64,000 nucleotides of DNA, from IMG/VR virus record IMGVR_UViG_3300047496_000172, positions 42,579-106,578 of that record. One strand, given 5' to 3'. The notes below the pieces were generated by a model that saw only the letters and a list, made by a program, of their open reading frames with translations, did not search any database and was not told where the DNA came from. Source of the DNA: a virus. A program made the position numbers and the translations under genes. Shown in pieces: positions 29,151 to 39,498 of this stretch. The number at the start of each line of letters is the position of its first letter. Within the stretch, counting starts at the first letter, position 1.

Positions 29151-30539
29151 ATGATTTATTTCCAGGATTCATTATCGCGAAATAAAGTCCCGTTTGTTCC
29201 ACAAGATCAAACGAACGTCACTTTGTATGCTTGCGGTATAACGCCCTATTCCACTCCACATATCGGCAACGCTCGCCCTGCTATTATTTTCGACGTGCTG
29301 TTTCGACTGCTTCGGCATACATACGGCGACGATTCCGTGGTTTATACGCGAAATATAACAGACGTTGACGACAAGATCATAGCTCGCGCCAAGGAAAATG
29401 GTGAGAGTATTTCTGATTTAACTAATCGAACTATTGAAGAATATCACGAGGCTATGTGGCAACTTAATGTTAAGCCGCCAACTGAAGAGCCTAGAGTCAC
29501 CCAATATATTGATCGTATTATAGATCAAATTATTGAAATTATTGGAAATGGACACGCTTACTATACGAATGGACATATTCTTTTCGATATCGCTTCTTTT
29601 CCTGATCACGGAAAACTATCAGGACACCAACAGGAAAACCTACAATCAGGACATAGAATTCTTGCCCATGAAGATATAAATGGGAAGAAATCTCTTGGGG
29701 ATTTTGTTCTCTGGAAACCCGTCCCAAATAACCAACCCGGTTGGATGAGCCCTTGGGGCTATGGTCGTATGGGATGGCATATCGAATGCTCGTCCATGAT
29801 CGCAAAAATTTATGGAAAGAAAACTATCGATATTCACGGCGGCGGCGCCGATCTGCGTTTTCCTCATCATGATTGCGAGATCAGCCAATTTTCTGCTGCT
29901 AATAAAAAGCCATTGGCTAACTATTGGCTGCACAACGCCATGATTACCGTTGACGGGCAGAAAATGTCCAAGTCCCTCGGAAACATTATCACTGTTGAAC
30001 AAATGCTTGATAAATATAATGGACAAGTCATTCGTCTGGCTTTGTTAAGCACACATTATCAATCGCCTCTAGATTGGACCAATAGTCTGTTGGAAAATGC
30101 CAAACAAACCCTCACAGGTTGGCACAGAGCGTTGTTAGACATCGAAGGTCTTGCGATCCCGGTGAGGGAAGAAACTCACTCAGTGGCCATCCTAGAGCCG
30201 TTAAATAGTGATTTAAATGTCCCTCTGGCCATTGCAAAGCTGCATGAGAAAATTGGCGATATGCGAGCGACTTCTGACATAACTGTTAAGAAAGAAATTG
30301 CTGCGGGCATTCGTTATGCTGCTTCAATCCTTGGTATAAATCTTAGCGATAACTATGGATATTTGAAGGGTGGTATACTTGGACCGCAAATATATAAGAT
30401 TCATCAGCTGATGGCTGATCGTAAAGCGGCCAGAGAGAACAAGAATTGGAAGCAGGCCGATTCTATCAGAAAAGAATTGATTGATCTTGGTATATCAGTA
30501 GAAGATACTTCTTCTGGTTCGGTATGGTGGAAGTCATGA
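29151..30539 (+). CDS. cysS: cysteine--tRNA ligase
   Basis: CGITPY..HIGN, NITDVDDKII, DFVLWK, GWHIEC, DIHGGG.DL.FPHH, KMSKS. Confidence 0.97.
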   Translation: MIYFQDSLSRNKVPFVPQDQTNVTLYACGITPYSTPHIGNARPAIIFDVLFRLLRHTYGDDSVVYTRNITDVDDKIIARAKENGESISDLTNRTIEEYHEAMWQLNVKPPTEEPRVTQYIDRIIDQIIEIIGNGHAYYTNGHILFDIASFPDHGKLSGHQQENLQSGHRILAHEDINGKKSLGDFVLWKPVPNNQPGWMSPWGYGRMGWHIECSSMIAKIYGKKTIDIHGGGADLRFPHHDCEISQFSAANKKPLANYWLHNAMITVDGQKMSKSLGNIITVEQMLDKYNGQVIRLALLSTHYQSPLDWTNSLLENAKQTLTGWHRALLDIEGLAIPVREETHSVAILEPLNSDLNVPLAIAKLHEKIGDMRATSDITVKKEIAAGIRYAASILGINLSDNYGYLKGGILGPQIYKIHQLMADRKAARENKNWKQADSIRKELIDLGISVEDTSSGSVWWKS

Positions 30540-30805
30540 ATAAAGAAGAAAAAATAGCAAATTTTCTTTTGAGAGAAGTCAATAGTATTGATTATGCTCA
30601 ATGTGAAAAATTAGCTTCAAAAATAATGAATATTATTGAACCAACTCCAAAAATAAGTAAATACGTTTCAGAAGAAAATGCATATGATAAAGGATATACT
30701 TCAGGTTTAGCAGATGTTGATGAATGTCCGTATAGTCTTGAAGACCAAACTTCCTTGTATAATCAATGGTGGGAAGGTTATAATAATGGTTGGCACAGAA
30801 GATGA
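30524..30805 (+). CDS. hypothetical protein
   Basis: CPY...WWEGY motif. Confidence 0.55.
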   Translation: MVEVMNKEEKIANFLLREVNSIDYAQCEKLASKIMNIIEPTPKISKYVSEENAYDKGYTSGLADVDECPYSLEDQTSLYNQWWEGYNNGWHRR

Positions 30806-31476
30806 GAATTATATCACCATTTAAGGATTATTACGATCACATTGCTTACATTTATGGAGGCGGTGATCCTAAGATTGTCTACGAACGTCGTAAGAGAATC
30901 GCCGACGAAGACTTGCAGTTTTCATCGGAACGTGTTCTTTGTAACGCTAATAATGATAAATATTTGAATTCAGTTAGCCCGGTTAAATCTAAAGGAACAC
31001 TGTGTGTTGCTGGTAGAATTTTCATCCTTCTACATGATACCGAAACAAACGAAGTGTTTGTGCATAATCCAAAGAAACGAGATGATTATGTTCGATATGG
31101 ATATTCTATTTTCGCCAAAAAGAAGAGAGAAAAAGAGTATGATCTTACGGAAGTAAACTATGGTGCTACGGTTTTGTCTAAATTAGCTAAGGCTCCTGTA
31201 TTTCTTCTCAAAGAAACGATTTATAATCATAGTGCGCGTGAGTGGACTCATGTCATTGATAAAAATACGCCGATTCTTGCAACAATTGGATTGGCTCCTA
31301 TATATCCGCCAGAGCAAATATATCAGGATTTAGCTTATTTCATTACCAATTTGATGAATGACTCTCCGGATATGATGCCGACGACTAATCAGCCGGATAA
31401 GCAAAAAATTGAAGCACATGGCTTCGACTTGAAGAAGTCTTTTAGACATAGGAAGGACGATAATGGCCAAGGGTAA
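30790..31476 (+). CDS. conserved phage hypothetical protein
   Basis: MRIISPFKDYYD...KIEAHGFDLKKSFR. Confidence 0.75.
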   Translation: MAQKMRIISPFKDYYDHIAYIYGGGDPKIVYERRKRIADEDLQFSSERVLCNANNDKYLNSVSPVKSKGTLCVAGRIFILLHDTETNEVFVHNPKKRDDYVRYGYSIFAKKKREKEYDLTEVNYGATVLSKLAKAPVFLLKETIYNHSAREWTHVIDKNTPILATIGLAPIYPPEQIYQDLAYFITNLMNDSPDMMPTTNQPDKQKIEAHGFDLKKSFRHRKDDNGQG

Positions 31477-31618
31477 GAAACGAAATGATGAAAAGAATTT
31501 TATCAATGATCAGAAGAAATCCGTTCTCGAAAGAGATCGTTTGAAGACTTTGGCGGCTGGATTTGACTTGAAGGTCTCCTTTCGAAAAAGAAAAGACGAT
31601 GGTAAAGGTGAAAGATAA
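31463..31618 (+). CDS. 51-aa protein repeating the C-terminal motif of 30790..31476 (absent from ORF track)
   Basis: MAKGKK...GFDLKVSFRKRKDDGKG versus GFDLKKSFRHRKDDNGQG. Confidence 0.55.
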   Translation: MAKGKKRNDEKNFINDQKKSVLERDRLKTLAAGFDLKVSFRKRKDDGKGER

Positions 31619-31802
31619 CCTGAACGATCCTTTGCTTGAACGTTTTCGGGCTGGACGGGATGCAGCCAACGAAGGAAAATTTGGGCCTCGCCTTGATGAT
31701 CTCAATGATCAAGAATTGCGAGCACTTTTGTTTGGGCAACGTTCTCGAAAACTTTCAGATAAACTTAGTGCCTTTTTTTGTAATTTATGGAAGAAGAAAT
31801 GA
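31599..31802 (+). CDS. hypothetical protein
   Basis: ORF in operon. Confidence 0.5.
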   Translation: MVKVKDNLNDPLLERFRAGRDAANEGKFGPRLDDLNDQELRALLFGQRSRKLSDKLSAFFCNLWKKK

Positions 31803-32434
31803 TTATAGATTACGTTTCAGATTTGCATATCGATGAATGTTCTATGGGCGGGCCATTTGGTTGGATGGGCAATTATGATTTTTCTAAACGCAAGTCTAAT
31901 AACGCTACGACCCTAGTTGTGGCTGGAGATACTTCGGAATGCATGGATGATACTATTGATTTTTATAATGCTGCTACTCAGCATTATGAGCATATTATTG
32001 GTATTTTTGGTAATCATGAAAAGCCACCTTTGAGAAAATCTCTACTTCCAAACGTTCATTTGTTGGAAAATCTTCCTCTGAATACTAAAAAAATTGATAA
32101 CATTGTTTTTATTGGTTCCAATGCCAATAGAGATAATGTAGCGAATTCAATTAACTTTCATCAAAATGAAAATGTTGACCATATAGTTGCTGTAGTCCAT
32201 GAAGTACCATTAGTTGATTTGAAACTGTTAGGTATTGAAAGCAATAATAAATGTAATAATTTGTTGGCTTTGCTTGTCGAGCCTATAAAGCCAACAACTA
32301 TTATTTTTGGACATTTGCATCTTGAAGTTGATATTTTTCATGCAGGTTTTCATTTGTTGAGTAATCCTCGTGGTTATCGAGGGATGAGACGAGATAAGAC
32401 TGCTTTTCATGCCTTCAAAACTTTAAAGTTGTAG
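31787..32434 (+). CDS. metallophosphoesterase
   Basis: SDLH, AGD, GNHE, GHLH, NPRGY. Confidence 0.88.
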   Translation: MEEEMIIDYVSDLHIDECSMGGPFGWMGNYDFSKRKSNNATTLVVAGDTSECMDDTIDFYNAATQHYEHIIGIFGNHEKPPLRKSLLPNVHLLENLPLNTKKIDNIVFIGSNANRDNVANSINFHQNENVDHIVAVVHEVPLVDLKLLGIESNNKCNNLLALLVEPIKPTTIIFGHLHLEVDIFHAGFHLLSNPRGYRGMRRDKTAFHAFKTLKL

Positions 32435-32956
32435 TTCTCCGAAGTTAGGATCACCATTAAATTTATCAATATCAATTTCATTAGGTAATACACCAGTAGT
32501 AATATATTTTCTTATGTCATTTTTATCTTCAAATTTAGTTTCTATTTTATCGATCTTTATGGCCATTTTGTGTAATTCACCATGAAGTTCAGTAAAGAAC
32601 AATTTTACAAGTCTTCTAATTGCTTTTCCACTATATTTACCGCCTTCAAAAATCATATATTTTCCTGGATTTTGACGATCTTGGCCCGCTATTCTTATCC
32701 ATCCGTGTTTCATAGCTAAAAATTTATAAAGTTCTGTTGCAGAATAAGAACTTAAAGATTGAAATTCTGCTGAGTTTTTCAAATCAGCAATTTCTTCTGA
32801 AGTGACGCCATAAAGTTCAGGTTTTTCCTTTACGGCGCCACCATGTGAGGTAAACACAGGAATAAATTCACGAAGCTCTGGATTATACCAGCTTCTATAG
32901 CCAAATCTATACGCTATTGATGGTGCTTCAACAATATACTGAAAAATAGAAACCAT
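32423..32956 (-). CDS. late hypothetical protein (possible head-packaged protein)
   Basis: GATAAATA-N4-ATG; MVSIFQYIVE leader. Confidence 0.6.
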   Translation of the reverse strand: MVSIFQYIVEAPSIAYRFGYRSWYNPELREFIPVFTSHGGAVKEKPELYGVTSEEIADLKNSAEFQSLSSYSATELYKFLAMKHGWIRIAGQDRQNPGKYMIFEGGKYSGKAIRRLVKLFFTELHGELHKMAIKIDKIETKFEDKNDIRKYITTGVLPNEIDIDKFNGDPNFGELQL

Positions 32957-33036
32957 ATTTTATTTATCCGCGATCTTGATATAAATGAACCTCGGAAAAT
33001 ATTGAAATAAAATAATGGACATGCTATCTATGATTT

Positions 33037-33879
33037 ATGAGCGATTTGATTTTGGCTGCCGCTGGCGGATATTCTTGGAACAATATAGATGTTTGGGCCA
33101 TTAGCTTAAGAGCTTCTGGTTATGAAGGAGATGTTGGAGTCGTTTTATATGATAATCCAAATAATCCTCGTCAAGAAACAAAAATCAATATCGAAAATCT
33201 ATCAATTTTAGGTATACAAGTTTTTCTTAAACCTCTTTCCGAATCTATATATAACCAACGTTTCGATGATTTTTATCAGATAATCAGAAGTGTTCAAGAT
33301 GATCTTAGATATGTCATAGTCACAGATATTCGTGATGTGTTATTTCAAACCAATCCTGTAACTTGGTTGGAAGAAAACCTGTCTAAAAAATTATATGCGG
33401 TATCAGAGGGTATTCTTTATCAGAATGAACCATGGGGCCGCGATAATGTCATACAAGGTTTTCCTACTCACGCTCCACGGCTTTTAGAAAATTGCATTTA
33501 TAATGTTGGAGTATTGGCAGGCGAAGCTCGTATGGTGGCGGATATCTGTCTTGCGACATCTATGATGGCTAAAGCATCAGGTTTCCCTATAGCAGATCAG
33601 AGCGGATATAATTTTCTACTCGACATGGAGGCATATAAAGACGCCGTTCAATATGGAAAAAGTGAGGATGGTTTTACTTGTATGGCCGGAACATTTTCTG
33701 ATCCAACCAAAATCGACGCCTTTCGTCCGAATTTACTTGAACCTGAACCATACCTTGATGTAGAAGGCGTTAAAACGAATTCTGGAAAGCTTTTTTCTAT
33801 AGTTCATCAATATGACCGAGTTCCAGCCTGGAATCTTCAGCTTCGCCAAGATTTAAATAACAAAATTCACACAACGTAA
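33037..33879 (+). CDS. GT-A-fold glycosyltransferase-like protein
   Basis: VIVTDIRDVLFQTNP, NVGV..G, DQ..YN, IVHQYDR. Confidence 0.75.
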   Translation: MSDLILAAAGGYSWNNIDVWAISLRASGYEGDVGVVLYDNPNNPRQETKINIENLSILGIQVFLKPLSESIYNQRFDDFYQIIRSVQDDLRYVIVTDIRDVLFQTNPVTWLEENLSKKLYAVSEGILYQNEPWGRDNVIQGFPTHAPRLLENCIYNVGVLAGEARMVADICLATSMMAKASGFPIADQSGYNFLLDMEAYKDAVQYGKSEDGFTCMAGTFSDPTKIDAFRPNLLEPEPYLDVEGVKTNSGKLFSIVHQYDRVPAWNLQLRQDLNNKIHTT

Positions 33880-33886
33880 GGCAACT

Positions 33887-34390
33887 TTGATGAATGTTCT
33901 AAAGATTTTTGGGTTTCAAAAAGAAGAACGTAAAGCTATTTACGAACAACAAATAGCTAATGATTTTGAAATAGTTAAAAGGGCTAGTTTAGCTATAGAT
34001 AAAGCTATTGAAGATTATAAAATTAATGAACCTCGATATAGAATAAAATTATATGATGATGGTTTTTATTGTGAATATCTAGCAGCAAATCATCCACATC
34101 ATTATAAAAATTATTCCTACGAATATTATAATTTTAGATTTTATGATGAAAATGGTAAAGTGATACCAGAATATTTCAGTGATATAGGTCTCCGAAGACA
34201 AATTGCTACTTATCCTCAATTATTTTATTTTAATTTTCTATCTAAACCCATTGAAATAATAGAAAAATGGGAAGCCATTACACTGTCACGGTTTAAGAAA
34301 TATGAAGACGCTGAAAAATTTCTAGATCGTCGTTTGCGTCCGGAAGCGTATACTACCTATTTCACCAGCGAAGGATTTAAGGTAGGTTGA
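33887..34390 (+). CDS. hypothetical protein
   Basis: ORF only. Confidence 0.6.
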   Translation: MMNVLKIFGFQKEERKAIYEQQIANDFEIVKRASLAIDKAIEDYKINEPRYRIKLYDDGFYCEYLAANHPHHYKNYSYEYYNFRFYDENGKVIPEYFSDIGLRRQIATYPQLFYFNFLSKPIEIIEKWEAITLSRFKKYEDAEKFLDRRLRPEAYTTYFTSEGFKVG

Positions 34391-34563
34391 ACCAAGAGAA
34401 CTAGGCAGACAATCTAGTGGATTATGACGGACAAAAGAATGGAAGAAAATAAAATGACGTTAATCGAAAATTTATTAGCAGAACGTGATATCCATACGGC
34501 AAGAATGAAAAAGCTCGATAAGGCGATTAACGCTATTAGAGAAGTATGCGAACACGGTCATAA

Positions 34564-35034
34564 ATGACAAGCTGGGATGATCATTGGATGGGCCTTGCCC
34601 GATATGTTGCTAAATCCAAGAGCAAGGATCGTAGCCGTAAAGTAGCCGCAGTCATTGTCAATAATGACAATGTAGATGTCGCTACCGGATGGAATGGGTT
34701 TCCACGAGGCATCAACGATGATGTAGAAGAACGTCACCAGCGGCCAGCGAAATATCGCTATTCGGTTCACGCAGAATTGAACGCGATCACAAATAGTGCC
34801 AGGACCGGTCGGGCGACTTATGGATGTAAGATGTATCAAACCTTGTATTGTTGTTCGTCTTGTAGTTTAGCCATAATTCAAGCAGGTATTAAAGAAATAA
34901 TTACTATCGAACCAGATTGGAATGATGCCACTTATTCTGAAGATTACAAGTATAGCAAGGAATTATTAGCTGAAGCTGGAGTGAATGTTCGTTTTATGGA
35001 AGGCGAACATGCCCAAAGAATTGAGATTATATGA
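34564..35034 (+). CDS. dCMP deaminase family protein
   Basis: SKD..RKV, GWNGFPRG, HAELNAI, CxxC, IIQAGI. Confidence 0.92.
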   Translation: MTSWDDHWMGLARYVAKSKSKDRSRKVAAVIVNNDNVDVATGWNGFPRGINDDVEERHQRPAKYRYSVHAELNAITNSARTGRATYGCKMYQTLYCCSSCSLAIIQAGIKEIITIEPDWNDATYSEDYKYSKELLAEAGVNVRFMEGEHAQRIEII

Positions 35035-35447
35035 AAGAATTAGAAACTTATATTGTAGATTTTCATAAACCTAATATATTTGGAGGAAACGCATCTGAAT
35101 TTTTATTTGAATGGTTATCCTCCGTTATTGGAAATTGCTGGGGATATTTAGGAGAAAAAGATGAAGTTTATAGTTTCATATTTTTCTCCGAATACACTAA
35201 AGAGTTATTTCAAAATTATTTAATTACGAATTATAGTTGGTCAGCAATCGATTATAAACCAAATCCAGTACAGTTTCCAAGATTATATTGGGAAATGGTA
35301 CTTGACCCTGAAATTATTGACTGGCTTGTCGAAAATATGGGAGAACGGCATAAATCATGGGATTACGAACCGCGCGATTACAATCTCTTTACGTTATATT
35401 TTAAAAACATTAATGATGCTTTATTTTTCAAAATGCGGTGGTATTGA
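35031..35447 (+). CDS. FKMRW-family protein (two repeats)
   Basis: FEWL..GNCWG; WLVEN...YFKNINDALFFKMRW. Confidence 0.75.
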   Translation: MKELETYIVDFHKPNIFGGNASEFLFEWLSSVIGNCWGYLGEKDEVYSFIFFSEYTKELFQNYLITNYSWSAIDYKPNPVQFPRLYWEMVLDPEIIDWLVENMGERHKSWDYEPRDYNLFTLYFKNINDALFFKMRWY

Positions 35448-35854
35448 TGAAGGAACTTGATACTTACATCGTTTCATTTTATCAAGGTAATATCGAAGAT
35501 TTATTCGAATGGCTTTTTGAAAACTTCGGTAATAGTTGGGGTTTTATGGGACAGAAAACTGAATGGTCTTATGATTTCATATTGTTTAACGAACATCACA
35601 AAAACTTTTTCTATGACTATTTGAAGAAACAATATGGTTGGTTTTCTGTCAACTATACGCAAAATAGAATTTTAATATCAGATAAAAATATGAGAAATCA
35701 TAAAGAAATATACATGTGGCTTCTTGATAATATTGGAGAGCAAAGACTTAACTGGGATTTTGAAATGAGTATAACTATGCAGAAATTATTTGTATTTTTT
35801 GAAAATGTAGTAGATGCCATCCATTTCAAGATGAGATGGGAAGAAGGCTCTTAA
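35438..35854 (+). CDS. FKMRW-family protein (two repeats)
   Basis: MKELDTYIV; FFENVVDAIHFKMRW; paralog of 35031. Confidence 0.75.
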   Translation: MVLMKELDTYIVSFYQGNIEDLFEWLFENFGNSWGFMGQKTEWSYDFILFNEHHKNFFYDYLKKQYGWFSVNYTQNRILISDKNMRNHKEIYMWLLDNIGEQRLNWDFEMSITMQKLFVFFENVVDAIHFKMRWEEGS

Positions 35855-36306
35855 GTTTTTAATATATTCCACTTAATTTCTCGGTTAAGCATTTCAGCTA
35901 TTTCCGTAACCATTGAAAAAACATAATACTGACTGTCTCTAGAAGTTGAAACTTCAAGATAATCTACCCCATTTTTAGAATAGGTTCCGATTCTAGCCCA
36001 TCTATTTTTATAGATTTCTGAATACAGTTCTTTGATTTTATCGCTCTGTTCGTTAGATTTCCATATTTCGAAGTTATGCCATTCAGGATGTTCTCCATCA
36101 GGAATCGAGTCACTATAAATATGCATTTCTTGGTTTAAATAATCTTCAAAATCATTCCATTTTTTAGTAATACTTGGAATAAAATCTGGATGATCTTCAG
36201 TGAAGAATTCAATATGTCTATAAAAATCGACATAGTAAAGCGAAGTTTGGTTTACCCAACCAACCGCATTATTTTTCTTGAATTTCAAAATTTCAAACAT
36301 ATCCAT
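35851..36306 (-). CDS. hypothetical protein
   Basis: ORF only. Confidence 0.65.
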   Translation of the reverse strand: MDMFEILKFKKNNAVGWVNQTSLYYVDFYRHIEFFTEDHPDFIPSITKKWNDFEDYLNQEMHIYSDSIPDGEHPEWHNFEIWKSNEQSDKIKELYSEIYKNRWARIGTYSKNGVDYLEVSTSRDSQYYVFSMVTEIAEMLNREIKWNILKT

Positions 36307-36343
36307 ACAGATATATTATATAAAAGAATTATTTTGTCAATTC

Positions 36344-36721
36344 TTAAAGTTGAGCGATAGTGCCCTCACCATCCTGATTAGCAGGATCATGGCCGCCACT
36401 AAGTTTCCATGCGTATTGATGGCCTTCAATAGTATAACAAGAAAATTGCTCTAGTCGGTGAATATGTTCAGGCTGTTCAACTGTTTTTCCATTTACAAAT
36501 GGATATATTTTAATAGTGGCATATCCTGGAAGTAAAGGCTCAAGAGCCTGCATAGTAGTAACAAGATTGACTGTATACGTTGCGTTCCCGTCGCTAACGG
36601 TATAACGACGGGAACCAACTTGTTTAACAATAGAGCCTTTGACGATTCCGCTGCCATTATTAAAATGGATAGCGATCTTACCCGGATCGCTTCCAATAAA
36701 ATCTGACGGAATGACTGGCAT
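36344..36721 (-). CDS. probable virion protein, paralog of 36724..37113
   Basis: G.IVKQVGSRRYTVSDG versus GYILHQTDTKYYDVTSNG; start re-called to ATG 36721. Confidence 0.6.
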   Translation of the reverse strand: MPVIPSDFIGSDPGKIAIHFNNGSGIVKGSIVKQVGSRRYTVSDGNATYTVNLVTTMQALEPLLPGYATIKIYPFVNGKTVEQPEHIHRLEQFSCYTIEGHQYAWKLSGGHDPANQDGEGTIAQL

Positions 36722-36723
36722 TG

Positions 36724-37113
36724 TTAGTTCGTTTCGATGACAGCATGTAATAGAACATCTGTTCCTGGGCTGTAAGCCGGTGGAACAAACGTGTGCCAAA
36801 TATAATTTGGGCCTTCAGCGGTAGTCATTCTATGATAATCAATACTGGTGGCATGAACCGCTGTTTGAGAAACAACCCCAGCAGTTACCGGATAAGCTAA
36901 AATAGTCATACCACCAACAGGAACTAAAGCGGTGTTGGTGACATTAGACAATTTAACATTACCGGCAATAATGCCATTGGAAGTAACGTCATAATATTTT
37001 GTATCAGTTTGATGTAAAATATAACCAGAAGTAACTCCATTGCCAATATTGTAGTGAACCTTGATAGTTGTATTAGCTGTATTACCGAAATATTTTTTGT
37101 TTAGTGGATGCAT
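36724..37113 (-). CDS. probable virion structural protein (PLNKKYFG N-terminus)
   Basis: TATAAATA and SD upstream. Confidence 0.6.
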   Translation of the reverse strand: MHPLNKKYFGNTANTTIKVHYNIGNGVTSGYILHQTDTKYYDVTSNGIIAGNVKLSNVTNTALVPVGGMTILAYPVTAGVVSQTAVHATSIDYHRMTTAEGPNYIWHTFVPPAYSPGTDVLLHAVIETN

Positions 37114-37216
37114 TTAGAAATCTCCCTTTCGAGACGCTTTATCTTATTTATACTAATCGAAAAATAATCTGGTTAACCAAAAAGAAATAAGGTATTATGA
37201 CAAAAAGGAGATAACC

Positions 37217-37762
37217 ATGAATATAATTATTTTTGGGCCGCCCGCTGCCGGTAAAGGGGTTCAATCAAAAATTTTAACAGAGCAAGGGTTTATTCAACTT
37301 TCGACCGGAGAAATGTTGCGAGAAGAAATTAGAAATAAATCTCCTCTTGGTCTGTCTATTGCTGCCTCTATAGCAGAAGGTAAGTATGTATCCGATGAAA
37401 CGGTATGTAAATTAATCGAAAAACATCTCAATATATTGAATCAAACGAAAATTATCTTTGACGGTTTCCCTCGAACGGTCAACCAAGCCCGACTTCTTGA
37501 TGATATGGTGACCGTAAATTTCGTAATCGAATTAAAGGTTGATCCAGAAGCTATGGCGGGACGGATCGCAGTTCGATATTTGGAGCAAAAACGTCCTGAA
37601 GATCATCCGGATGCTTTCCAAACTCGTCTACAAGAATTTTACGAAAAAACCCTTCCAGTCCTTGATTATTATAAGGATCAAGGCAAAGTAAGAACCGTTG
37701 ATGGTATGGCCGATATTGAAACGGTTAGTTCAGCTATTTCCGCTCATGTAGGATGGGGATAA
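37217..37762 (+). CDS. adk: adenylate kinase (short lid)
   Basis: GPPAAGKG, STGEMLR, DGFPR, R.ED. Confidence 0.95.
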   Translation: MNIIIFGPPAAGKGVQSKILTEQGFIQLSTGEMLREEIRNKSPLGLSIAASIAEGKYVSDETVCKLIEKHLNILNQTKIIFDGFPRTVNQARLLDDMVTVNFVIELKVDPEAMAGRIAVRYLEQKRPEDHPDAFQTRLQEFYEKTLPVLDYYKDQGKVRTVDGMADIETVSSAISAHVGWG

Positions 37763-38079
37763 TGAGTGTTGTAGAGAATGCTATACTTTCGATTTTAGCA
37801 CTCATATTTTTTCTAAACCATTATGTTGCTTTATGGGGCATAAGCAATATGATTGATAGAGAATCAAAAAATACAATGCTGGATGTAAAAGTTAGATACT
37901 ATTGGAATAATTTACGAAAGCCAATGCTATGGTTTACTATCATAACTTCAGCATGGGGAGTGTTATCGTCCATATTTTTCCCTGTATCTTGTATTATTGG
38001 TTTAATCATTGCGGATGTTGCCGCAATATTTATTGCAATACGTTATGTCTCAAAACACTGCTATTTTTCAAATGAATAA
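37753..38079 (+). CDS. membrane protein
   Basis: Three hydrophobic segments. Confidence 0.6.
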   Translation: MGIMSVVENAILSILALIFFLNHYVALWGISNMIDRESKNTMLDVKVRYYWNNLRKPMLWFTIITSAWGVLSSIFFPVSCIIGLIIADVAAIFIAIRYVSKHCYFSNE

Positions 38080-38223
38080 TCGCATAAAGTTTTGTAGAGA
38101 ATATGGCGAGATGTCTATGGCTGAAGCAAAACGCGCAGTTTTAATACTATATTCAGTTCATATTTTTCTGGTCTTCTTATAACTTTAAATGATACACATC
38201 CTGAAAGTGTTGATAAAATTATA

Positions 38224-38535
38224 CTAACCACGGAACGGTAAATATCCTTCCAACTTCGAAATAATATTCTCTTTTCCAACCGGGTTCTGACTATGAACGT
38301 AGAACTGAAAATTCTCTGGAATAAACCGGCCGCCAGTGTCAAGATCGTGTTCGATCATCCAATTAACAATATCTGCGCCCGTAGGAACGCCATCTCCGAG
38401 ATCATGATCTATACTGATGTAGGTTATCCGATGATTCGTCATCCAGGCTACAGCGTCTTTGTATGACCGTGCAATAAACCATTCATTTCCATCGTCGGGT
38501 GGAAATCGTTCATCATCGATGAAAAGTCTCATCAT
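38224..38535 (-). CDS. cyclic-phosphate-processing receiver-like domain protein
   Basis: LFIDDER.P, SIDHDLG..TG, VHSQNPVG. Confidence 0.8.
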   Translation of the reverse strand: MMRLFIDDERFPPDDGNEWFIARSYKDAVAWMTNHRITYISIDHDLGDGVPTGADIVNWMIEHDLDTGGRFIPENFQFYVHSQNPVGKENIISKLEGYLPFRG

Positions 38536-38721
38536 CTAATATTTCCAATATTGAGAACGAAAGCGGGTTTCATTATGAGAACGAACACAATCCAAAGCTT
38601 CTTCCTCAGTCTTGAAATCTGTTACGAAATCATCATCTTCGTCAGCTACCCGCCATTCTCGTCCATTATTGCGGCCAACGATTTGTTCGTAATGCCATTC
38701 TCCGGTGTGCCTTAAACTCAT
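38536..38721 (-). CDS. hypothetical protein
   Basis: ORF in minus-strand run. Confidence 0.55.
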   Translation of the reverse strand: MSLRHTGEWHYEQIVGRNNGREWRVADEDDDFVTDFKTEEEALDCVRSHNETRFRSQYWKY

Positions 38722-38834
38722 TTTGCTCTCATTGTCTGATATAGATAGGAACGTATTCGCCGGTTTCAGCTAATTCTCGTTGAGATTGTTCGACGGCTTC
38801 CAACGCTTCTTGCGCGGTATGTTCCCAATCGAAA

Positions 38835-39122
38835 CTACGGATTCATAGTCATAGGAATGTTCTGGCCGGGCCATGGTGAAACTTCTGGATAATGATGACC
38901 CCAATACTTATGCTCAACTTCGACAATAAGTCTGTGATCGCTAAAAATAGGCATATGAACGCCATTTACATAGACGTGCATGATTCCATCAATTTCCTCG
39001 TATCCATAGACATATTTCGGTGTGCCATCTGGAAACTTGGCTGACGCATCGTATGTCAGGTCGTATTCTTTGTCGTCATCGTCCATTGATTTTGTCTCGT
39101 ATATCTTGAAGAGCATCTTCAA
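38835..39122 (-). CDS. hypothetical protein
   Basis: ORF in minus-strand run. Confidence 0.55.
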   Translation of the reverse strand: MKMLFKIYETKSMDDDDKEYDLTYDASAKFPDGTPKYVYGYEEIDGIMHVYVNGVHMPIFSDHRLIVEVEHKYWGHHYPEVSPWPGQNIPMTMNP

Positions 39123-39498
39123 AAAATACTACCGTTCCACTTTCATTATCTTCAATGGTTACTCTACGTGTCTTCAAGATATTATCGAGCAATTCAATAA
39201 CATTTTCTTTAGACCTAGACTTATCATCATTCCAAGCGTTGATAATTGAAATCTTTTTGGGAGGTAGTTCGAAACCTGTCGCGATAATTGCGGCGGTTAT
39301 TTCTCCTAGCGCGCGTTCTGCACACCAACCATTGTTATCAACCGCTCTGACGGCGCCTTCAATACACCAGAACACAGACGTTTTAGAATTGAGAGAAATA
39401 ACATTTCCATCAGCATCCTTCGCCAATTGGTTTTGACACCATCCAGATTTAATTCTGGATCGAGCGTGGATAAGAAGATCGGAAATAGGATCAATCAT
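39076..39498 (-). CDS. hypothetical protein (GWCQ..CIxGA..WND family)
   Basis: Motif pattern. Confidence 0.65.
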   Translation of the reverse strand: MIDPISDLLIHARSRIKSGWCQNQLAKDADGNVISLNSKTSVFWCIEGAVRAVDNNGWCAERALGEITAAIIATGFELPPKKISIINAWNDDKSRSKENVIELLDNILKTRRVTIEDNESGTVVFFEDALQDIRDKINGR

